A stretch of DNA of 20,000 nt from an uncultured virus (IMG/VR IMGVR_UViG_3300028129_000011) (lineage: Duplodnaviria > Heunggongvirae > Uroviricota > Caudoviricetes), in the IMG/VR virus record IMGVR_UViG_3300028129_000011; one strand, 5' to 3'. Under the pieces are notes generated by a model, which worked only from the letters and a program-made list of their open reading frames with translations, had not been told where the DNA came from and searched no databases. Shown here piece after piece: positions 9,801 to 14,814 of the stretch. Positions within the stretch are counted from its first letter, which is position 1; each line of letters starts with the position of its first letter. Position numbers and translations under genes: made by a program.

Positions 9801-12800
9801 CGAAAGGTCGAAAAAATTAGAAATAAAAGAAAATATTCTTGAAACTGAAGAACAAAAGTACGATGAAAATGGCCGTTTAATTGAAGAGATAAATACTATT
9901 GCTGATGAAAGTAAGGGAACACACGTTGAGACTACAATAAACACAAGATATGATAAAAAAGGTGATGTTACTGGTACATACAAAACTATTAATACCTTAG
10001 GTGAAAAGTTTTACCAATCTGAAAGAATATTTAACGACGAAAACAATGTCTATATTAAACTCATAGAGTTAGCTGATGCAAAAGTGTTTTTTGAAAATAG
10101 TGTTTATTTATACAAAGAATCTAACGGAAAAGTAATTGAAGAAATAGATAACAGAAAGAAGTATGGTTTTGATGAAAATGAATTTTTAGATAGTGTTGTT
10201 AATGTCTCATTTAGTACTTCAGCTTTAGCCGATGTTTTAATAACTGACATATTAAAAAGAGAATATGGTTACAATAAAAAAGGTAAACTACCTAAAATCA
10301 AAGGTAATAAAAAAGAATTAAATAAAATAATAACAAATCTTTTAAATATAAACAACTTTGAAGATGAAGAAGCTTTCAACGATTACGTAGAAACATTACT
10401 TCCAATGCAAAGAGACATTGTTAAACGTGTTTTTGAAGGTAGATATTGGATGTTTGGATTGTATTCTGATGAAAAAGCTGCAAACAACGGTATAAAGTAT
10501 GAAAAACTTATTAGAAAAGCTATAAAAGAGTCTGGGGTCAAAGGTGTCAGCGTGGAATTTAGTGAAGGTGGTTTTAGTAGTGGAACTGATTTAGTTTTAA
10601 CTATTAAAGGTAAAAATATAAACATAGAATTAAAGCTGAATAGAAAAGCTCAATTTGGTAGTTTTATGGTGAAGCAAGAAGGAGATAAATATATTTATAC
10701 TTCTGGTATATCTGGTTTACAACAAAGTTTACCTGACTTGCACGAAGAGATACAAAACCAACTTAAAAGTGAAAAATATAAAAAAGCTGTAAAAGAGTAT
10801 ATTAACAAAGGTAGAAGCCTAGCTCAAAAACTTGGTGTATATTTCAAATATAACGAAGATACTAATACTCTAAAAACAACTAAACAGGTTTTTGAACAGT
10901 TAGCTACTGATGGGTATTTAAAGAAAACAAACTTAACTATAAGAAAAGACTCTAAGGGTAATTTGTTAAACGAAGACTTAATAAACACGCTGTACAATAA
11001 CAAGGATGTATACTATATAGAAATAGGTGGTAAAGGTCTTTATTATCTAAAAGAAAACAAAGATAATCTAAATATACCAAAATTGGAAGGTAATACTAGT
11101 CTAGTTATAAGAAATACTTATAATCAAATAGGTAAAACTGGAATATATCAATCATTGTTGAGAGGTTTTATTAAGTTAGATTCAGATATAGTTGATTCTA
11201 ATATAAGTTTTGCTGATGTAGATAGTATTAAAGAAAATTTACAAGATATTTCCGGTACTAGTTTTAGTAAAGGTAGACTCGACGCTGAGTTTAACAAAAT
11301 AATAGAAAACAAAACTGGTATATTAGCGACTGACGAAATATCTGAGGTTAAAGCTAAAATGATAGCTAATAACAAAAGAAGTTTTAATATATTTATTCCT
11401 CCTTCAGCTGAAGATTTCGTAGGTTTATTATATGCTACTTTAGGTAAAGGCAAGGTTGGAGAGAAGCAAATGATGTTTTATGACAGAACATTAATCAGAC
11501 CTTACGCTAGAGCTATGCAAGCTATAACTAGAGACAGAATTGATCTAGGTAAATCTTTTAATAAAATTAGAAAGCAATTCAACGCTACTCCTAAAGATCT
11601 TAAAAAGAAAGTACCTAACAGTTTATTTACTAAAGAGCAAGCGGTAAGAATTTACATATGGGATAGTATAGGAAAAGAGGTTCCAGGTTTAAACGTGGAA
11701 GAAGTTAATGAATTAGCTAACTATGTAGCTGATAACAAAGAGCTTAGGGATTTTGCTGATCAAGTTATGAGGTTAAACCCGGGTTCTGCATATACTTCAC
11801 CAGGTGAAACTTGGACAACTGGTACTATTACAACAGACTTGCTTGAAACCCTAAACGAATCAAGAAGAGCTAAGCATTTAGGTAGGTGGCAACAAAATGT
11901 TGATGAAATATTCTCTAAAGAAAACTTAAACAAATTAGAAGCTGCTTACGGTACTAGTTATAGAAAAGCAATGGAGAACATGCTTACTAGAATGAAAACT
12001 GGTAGAAATAGAACGTATGGTACGGATTCACAAACAGCAAAATGGATTGACTGGGTTAATGGATCTGTTGGTACTATAATGTTCTTGAACGCTAGATCTG
12101 CTGTACTTCAAACAATATCTGCAGCTAACTTTATAAACTTTGGTGATAACAATGTATTTGCCGCTGGTAAAGCATTTGCTAATCAAAAACAATACTGGTC
12201 AGATTTTGCTTTTTTAATGAACTCAGATTATTTAGTAGAAAGAAGAGATTCGTTAAAGATAAATATAAACGAAGCTGATATTGCTGAAGCTGCTCAAAAG
12301 AAAGGTGCTAGAGGTGCTATAAACTATTTATTAAAACTAGGATTTACACCTACTAAATTCGCTGATAGCTTTGCTATAGCTTCCGGTGGTGCTACTTTTT
12401 ATAGAAATAGATTAAATGCTTTAATAAAGAAAGGTATGGATCCTGCTGCTGCAGAAAAAGCTGCAATGAGGGATTTTATAGAAAAATCAGAGGAATCTCA
12501 GCAGTCAAGTAGACCTGATAAAATAAGTCAGGAGCAAGCGGGTCCATTAGGGCGTGTTATATTAGCTTTTGCGAATACACCAGCACAATATGCTAGAATC
12601 ATAAAAAAAGCCGCTAGTGACCTTAAAAACAGACGAGGCAGTGATAAAGAGAACATATCTAAGATTATATATTATGGTTTAGCTCAAAACTTACTATTTA
12701 ATGCGCTTCAACAAGCTATATTTGCAGTTGCTTTTGGTGATGAAGAAGATGAAGGTGCATTAGACGATAAAAAGTTAAATATAGTTAACGGTATGTTAGA

Positions 12801-13305
12801 TGGTATTATTAGAGGTACTGGAGTTGGTGGTGCAATATTTACTGTAGTTAAAAACTCTGGTTTAAGAATATATAAAGAATCTAATAAGAAAAGACCTAAC
12901 TACGAATCAGTTGTTGATGAAGCTTTAAAAATATCTCCACCTATATCATCAAAGATCTCTAAATTAAAATCCGCTGGTAGAACTTTCACTTGGGATGCTA
13001 AAGAAATAAAAGGTAAAGGATTAGATATAACAAACCCAGCTATTGGCGCTAGTGCTAAGATATTGTCTGCAGGTACTAACTTACCTTTAGATAGGGTTGT
13101 TAGAAAAATAGAAAACTTAAAAGCTGCATCTGACAGTGAACTAGAAACATACAAGCGTTTAGCTTTAGTGTTAGGTTGGGGTAAATGGGAGTTAGGTATT
13201 AAAGATGAAAAGTGGAAAGATCCAAATGCAAAACCTAAAATAAAAAATAATACAAGAAAAATAAAACAAAGAAAAATAAAACAAAGAAAAATAACAATAA
13301 GATAA
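3826..13305 (+). CDS. Giant polyvalent internal virion / ejection protein (3159 aa)
   Basis: Uninterrupted 9480-nt ORF. Gly/Ala-rich hydrophobic helices at about 5080-5950, an HExxH zincin motif, several internal cargo-like modules, and a helical C-terminal region (FIPPSAEDFVGLLY ... GGATFYRNR ... ESQQSSRPD ... LAFANTP) of the kind seen at the end of large podophage ejection proteins. Last gene before the lysis cassette. Confidence 0.75.
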   Translation: MPKYKLSSGKFIIVKDDDVQDFLNSDIGKGATVVEEIATPVVTEDYVKTPGIDFDDYLKPAKTEDSASADPTVESKDMGSKLVDGSLEFKESNQQALLNYKKRTGKEAGSIMDLSDEDYETPLDKFKPVDYNKVVINGRKKIKNYADERVKLAKKLEIFSYDQFGATNEAVDYVKQGLKSFDKKVDNEVKNLELNDEFKLRNDALNQLIKDTGNTQATGEAVKDVGSEFNVLNVFRGASYYKDIEADEVISLNDEVEQSVLDKLDKRSLQKLAGGFYTLQEKENLINESKSSIIDTRIKTYKDNLDKATFNVESKLDNNKKKLKELESFINPLENREDLTQEEANNYNDAVNQYNSILAESKNIVKEYNEYKTIETQKVESLEGEFGFDVAKGVLRNNFKLTDKVEKFREKYSGEGFWNGAADILGGEVLQGFYQTMKKATVGSVTWAMANSADLLTDQDSYSAYDAFSDVINNWSNKTLVPRSTSEEFDITKKEGGFKDFSARNYAKLGASMVPFTGYLISEVRKGKYNNIKQAIGDTYLKFGNKGKVLKDASQTLKNNIIMVDATFRATILDNQKEAEAKGFNGLKANSYATTVSATEAMVQMIMPDTQFLKGVKGKAILDNFTGSLKKAANKQAVISAGKEFTTNVLKEYGEEEINAFANMITDVSYGLALPKTSDFLNEQIQLTAGTLMLSGSMGLVGAANTYSNQKKLVYNQIHENINSLNTHLLEIARKSKNIEVKDDIVKAMKFAKDVSQAIESSPENVTSDQIDLLIKKKNLIDKKSKTDKSFHVAIDKSINEINEKIEAGSIRENVRNKFDADIKNISKSLNSSGTRVDETIVFEDSDGRTAAEKMKEKLLELGKSEEFAEANKNSYGAFIVDKNGKELLIVNKEAAVANSVVSTGQHEFLHKLLRSRFKNKPEELKKAANLLKEEVESINKKTGQGYDFISRLKTYEEDLAEGNLSESGYYEEVFTLFSEALSSKDIKINKSTIGKIGDFIRQSFQNAGFKKIKFNNADDVKNFIIDYNKAYSKGKIKGSLAGKTKSFAIGSSISLSKSVEQIQKEIIALEEQYDEQTIDYYDFENRMDILEAELEKAKKAPKETQVKPVKKSTQLSVQDIKDQIEQLDEDLYSGVIDDIDYEQRLDLLEERLKQAELRATNPKKAQENQDKIVKQSIDKFKKEVSEETVSDKNKKIAKINEDIANEMLELGANQVSDIEDPIKRKQIIDKLGRNNLGAVTNLTKRAAAAGKNLAIDDNLKIGYDEFFSGFSEELSALIKSYKVEVDGKRVPFGAYMNKNLPLRYGQILDNALKGRIEGSKSLDVQAGEKGYAGSIIADRAADFDATTSAEMGLPVDDLIDVTTFRKVKDKVETIKESIDLTDVDLDNLTYRKIQDDYSGQVGAELIGMWDRNAKPEADQDRNDFQKLAERIEGTRTLNYGKDTGGEAEVRAMQGLFLDYNDAVKFIKTMPEFNVAPFETTIDEQGRSIDLTEDARGYSTGISNKLLKEFYEPYIDPKSKSSDKGTKSRAITSPSGRGKGKTSQVAKVYRLKPEYRGKISRQTVQELQKKIGITPAGEAFIPMKGKNRTEFGTALQGLTKMYATNVANTIIRKKIVEEGLSSERKTPEKLLADIGGGKSSIMFSRAADLGLNVPFETPQLGNVLFSKKARAEYESVLRNKRPDLENPREQVDELIKWGDALNVKENKKAKYKKLALYYMANGFVIMPEDGYKVVEAIRLGEANKVDPYTVKNPNELIERYQAKTKGARINPDEVEQFSNKKALKEGVVVYDVEDSKKGQLALRKVIDTNWGYKANPWCLAARSDGADYIETNEAESREEAEEMIADYKEAGYHAKIEGTYTHKGKEIFEIAVSEIDKDPEKLSQAFKLWKSYNEEGNGFKIAFQNGKLISFRDGDKMEWWDRMDRGSVNIPLKPLDKSKKQHLKNLNEEKQMDPETGEVFISKRITENTIDGGAIEKITYVANPDTRELIINERSKKLEIKENILETEEQKYDENGRLIEEINTIADESKGTHVETTINTRYDKKGDVTGTYKTINTLGEKFYQSERIFNDENNVYIKLIELADAKVFFENSVYLYKESNGKVIEEIDNRKKYGFDENEFLDSVVNVSFSTSALADVLITDILKREYGYNKKGKLPKIKGNKKELNKIITNLLNINNFEDEEAFNDYVETLLPMQRDIVKRVFEGRYWMFGLYSDEKAANNGIKYEKLIRKAIKESGVKGVSVEFSEGGFSSGTDLVLTIKGKNINIELKLNRKAQFGSFMVKQEGDKYIYTSGISGLQQSLPDLHEEIQNQLKSEKYKKAVKEYINKGRSLAQKLGVYFKYNEDTNTLKTTKQVFEQLATDGYLKKTNLTIRKDSKGNLLNEDLINTLYNNKDVYYIEIGGKGLYYLKENKDNLNIPKLEGNTSLVIRNTYNQIGKTGIYQSLLRGFIKLDSDIVDSNISFADVDSIKENLQDISGTSFSKGRLDAEFNKIIENKTGILATDEISEVKAKMIANNKRSFNIFIPPSAEDFVGLLYATLGKGKVGEKQMMFYDRTLIRPYARAMQAITRDRIDLGKSFNKIRKQFNATPKDLKKKVPNSLFTKEQAVRIYIWDSIGKEVPGLNVEEVNELANYVADNKELRDFADQVMRLNPGSAYTSPGETWTTGTITTDLLETLNESRRAKHLGRWQQNVDEIFSKENLNKLEAAYGTSYRKAMENMLTRMKTGRNRTYGTDSQTAKWIDWVNGSVGTIMFLNARSAVLQTISAANFINFGDNNVFAAGKAFANQKQYWSDFAFLMNSDYLVERRDSLKININEADIAEAAQKKGARGAINYLLKLGFTPTKFADSFAIASGGATFYRNRLNALIKKGMDPAAAEKAAMRDFIEKSEESQQSSRPDKISQEQAGPLGRVILAFANTPAQYARIIKKAASDLKNRRGSDKENISKIIYYGLAQNLLFNALQQAIFAVAFGDEEDEGALDDKKLNIVNGMLDGIIRGTGVGGAIFTVVKNSGLRIYKESNKKRPNYESVVDEALKISPPISSKISKLKSAGRTFTWDAKEIKGKGLDITNPAIGASAKILSAGTNLPLDRVVRKIENLKAASDSELETYKRLALVLGWGKWELGIKDEKWKDPNAKPKIKNNTRKIKQRKIKQRKITIR
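4008..4065 (+). promoter_or_regulatory. Candidate programmed -1 ribosomal frameshift signal (A_AAG plus H-type pseudoknot)
   Basis: GCA_AAG at 4006-4011, then a 6-nt spacer ACCGAA. Stem 1 is GACTCTGC(G)AGT 4018-4029 paired with ACTGTGGAGTC 4039-4049. Loop GGATCC 4032-4037 can pair with GGATCC 4060-4065. The -1 frame is open to TAA at 4101-4103. Confidence 0.6.
6330..6940 (+). other. Zincin metallopeptidase (MPTase-like) domain within the giant protein
   Basis: GAF...LIVN...STGQHEFLH (HExxH at 6544-6558, H907/E908/H911), with a downstream YYEEVFTLFSE helix (6733-6765) that can supply the third Zn ligand. Boundaries approximate. Confidence 0.75.
7000..7293 (+). repeat. Two 40-aa acidic helical-hairpin repeats within the giant protein
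   Basis: SVEQIQKEIIALEEQYDEQTIDYYDFENRMDILEAELEKA (7000-7119) and SVQDIKDQIEQLDEDLYSGVIDDIDYEQRLDLLEERLKQA (7174-7293) align without gaps, 16/40 identical. Confidence 0.85.
7501..7820 (+). other. Sigma70 region-2-like segment within the giant protein
   Basis: IIDKLGRNNLGAVTNLTKR ... YDEFFSGFSEELSALIKSYK ... VPFGAYMNKNLPLRYGQIL ... SKSLDVQAGE follows the order and spacing of sigma regions 2.1, 2.2, 2.3-2.4 and the 3.2 SLD motif. Recognised by eye. Confidence 0.5.
10470..11250 (+). other. PD-(D/E)xK restriction-endonuclease-fold domain within the giant protein
   Basis: GIKYEKLI (E at 10501), GTDLVL (D at 10588), NIELK (E at 10627, K at 10633), then AQFGS and YYIEIGGKGLYYL (11011-11049). Confidence 0.7.
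13255..13299 (+). repeat. 15-bp tandem repeat encoding a basic C-terminal tail (RKIKQ)x2-RKITI
   Basis: agaaaaataaaacaa at 13255-13269 and 13270-13284, with a degenerate agaaaaataacaata at 13285-13299. Confidence 0.85.
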
Positions 13306-13309
13306 TGTT

Positions 13310-13768
13310 ATGAAATTAAAAGGTTGGGTTATAATAGCTTTGTTTGCAGGTTGGAATACTTTAAGAGTTTTTAGAAAAAAATTAGAAAAAATGTTTAAAA
13401 GATTAAAAAATATCTGGTCACGTAGTGATTCGCAACCTACAGAAATAACTTTATCTTTAGCGAATATATTTTTAACCCATGTTGCAATTGGTATTGAGTT
13501 TGGAGGTAATTATGTCTTTAGAGTGGTAATACTATTAAGTGGTATATATCAATTATATTGTGTATCAAAAGAAGAAATAAACTGTAGATTAAAAGCTTCG
13601 GTTTTTTCATTTGCAGTTTACTTAATTTCAACTGTTATTTATATTAAATCTATTGGACTTCCAACACCTACTCATTATGGGTGGTTAGTTCTTTGCTTTG
13701 CATCCTTCGGTAGTATGCGTCGATTAATATTAGAAAAAATACATAGACAAAAAGTAAATAATGGATAA
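13310..13768 (+). CDS. Multi-pass membrane protein, holin-like (alternative start at 13391)
   Basis: About four hydrophobic segments and a basic C-terminus. First gene of a tightly coupled cassette ending in a peptidoglycan peptidase. A second in-frame ATG at 13391 has an A-rich leader. Confidence 0.55.
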   Translation: MKLKGWVIIALFAGWNTLRVFRKKLEKMFKRLKNIWSRSDSQPTEITLSLANIFLTHVAIGIEFGGNYVFRVVILLSGIYQLYCVSKEEINCRLKASVFSFAVYLISTVIYIKSIGLPTPTHYGWLVLCFASFGSMRRLILEKIHRQKVNNG

Positions 13769-14072
13769 CATCACACAAATTATAATTACACTTGTAACAG
13801 TAGCTGGTTCAGCTGGAATATGGAAGTTCTTAGAAGCTCGCTTAAAAACAAAAGCAGAAAATAAAAAAATAGATTTACAAAACAACGACGGTATACAGTA
13901 TAGAGACGACTTAAAACATAGAGTAAAAAATCTTGAAGCTTTGCTTTCTGAGTCTAGTAATGATAAAGATGAACTACGTAATCAAGTTTTAGAACTGACA
14001 GCGGAAGTTAATGCTTTGCGTGTTAAAGTAGAGTTTCTTGAAAAAGAAAACGAACGCTTAAAAAATAAGTAA
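13761..14072 (+). CDS. Single-TM plus coiled-coil protein (holin/antiholin-like lysis accessory)
   Basis: N-terminal hydrophobic helix (ITQIIITLVTVAGSAGIWKFL) followed by a heptad coiled coil. Overlaps the upstream gene by 8 nt and is coupled to the endolysin through TAATG. Confidence 0.55.
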   Translation: MDNITQIIITLVTVAGSAGIWKFLEARLKTKAENKKIDLQNNDGIQYRDDLKHRVKNLEALLSESSNDKDELRNQVLELTAEVNALRVKVEFLEKENERLKNK

Positions 14073-14458
14073 TGAAAATAACAGAAAACTTTAATCTTAG
14101 TGAGTTTCAATGTAAGTGTGGTTGTGAGATGCCTTATACTGTTGAAAAAAATATAATTGAACTTGCTGATAATTTACAAATATTAAGAAATCACTTAAAC
14201 AAGCCTATAAATCCAACAAATGGCTTTAGATGCGCTACACATAATAAAAGTGTTGGAGGAGTTAAAAATTCTCAACATATATTAGGTAAAGCTGCGGATA
14301 TTAAAGTTAAAGATGTTTCTCCTAATGAAATAGCTGACGCTATAGAGTATTTAATGGAAAGTGGTAAATTTAAAATGGGTGGAGTTGGTAGATATAATAC
14401 ATTTACTCATGTAGATATACGTGGTAGTAAAGCTAGATGGAATAAAACTAAAAAATAA
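14072..14458 (+). CDS. Peptidase M15A-family (Peptidase_M15_3) Zn peptidase, probable endolysin
   Basis: NFNLSEFQCKCG N-terminus; GFRCATHNKSVGGVKNSQHILGKAADI (H-x6-D Zn ligands); FTHVDIR (third ligand); ARW end. Confidence 0.9.
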   Translation: MKITENFNLSEFQCKCGCEMPYTVEKNIIELADNLQILRNHLNKPINPTNGFRCATHNKSVGGVKNSQHILGKAADIKVKDVSPNEIADAIEYLMESGKFKMGGVGRYNTFTHVDIRGSKARWNKTKK

Positions 14459-14640
14459 TGAAAACAAAAAAACAACAAAATTTCAGAGCTTTAATGGATA
14501 ATGAAGCTAGATTAAAAGCATTAGGTAAAGGAATCAACAGTCCTTTTAAGATGAAAAATCCTTGCTGGAAAGGATATGAAGCTATAGGTATGAAAACACT
14601 TAAAGGTAAAAAAGTACCAAACTGTGTACCTAAAAAATAA
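14458..14640 (+). CDS. Small basic protein with CWKGY...VPNCVP motif
   Basis: 60 aa, coupled to the endolysin through TAATG. Contains PCWKGYEAIGMKTLKGKKVPNCVPK, a two-Cys motif familiar from aquatic phage proteins of unknown function. Confidence 0.7.
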   Translation: MKTKKQQNFRALMDNEARLKALGKGINSPFKMKNPCWKGYEAIGMKTLKGKKVPNCVPKK

Positions 14641-14687
14641 AGGAGCAAGATAAAATAGGCGTACCATACCTAACGTTCCTAAATAAG

Positions 14688-14715
14688 AAAGGGCCCTAAT
14701 TGAGGACCCTTTTTT
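14688..14715. terminator. Bidirectional intrinsic terminator at the convergence of the two arms
   Basis: AAAGGG-C-CCT-AATTG-AGG-A-CCC-TTTTTT on +. On the - strand the C/A mismatch becomes a U-G pair and the stem runs into TTTCTTATTT. Confidence 0.85.
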
Positions 14716-14761
14716 AGTATAAATATGTATAGCACAATACTTGTATGTATGAATTATTCAA

Positions 14762-14797
14762 TTTTTTATACAGATTAGTTGTTGTATGTATAAAAAA
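14762..14797. repeat. Perfect 11-bp inverted repeat with 14-nt spacer
   Basis: TTTTTTATACA (14762-14772) ... TGTATAAAAAA (14787-14797). Confidence 0.8.
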
Positions 14798-14814
14798 GTC
14801 ATAACTTTTAGCCT

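Noticed and set aside
393..13154. Numerous antisense ORFs (65-101 aa) opposite the structural genes
   Set aside because: Ser/Leu/Phe/Ile-rich mirror translations of Lys/Glu-rich sense codons, with no independent evidence of coding.
3826..13305. Virion RNA polymerase as in crAss-like or N4 phages
   Set aside because: No DxDxD catalytic motif in a double-psi-barrel context (only incidental DFDD and DFDA), and no single-subunit RNAP motifs recognised.
14714..14812. Possible GIY-YIG remnant on the - strand (…FFIHTTTNLYKK…)
   Set aside because: Only a few residues resemble the motif, there is no start codon and no YIG half; more simply explained by the AT-rich repeats.
14641..14814. CRISPR mini-array, tRNA or known ribozyme in the intergenic junction
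   Set aside because: No regularly spaced repeats of 23 nt or more, no cloverleaf or T-loop GTTCRA, and no hammerhead (CTGATGA/GAAA) or HDV-like core seen.
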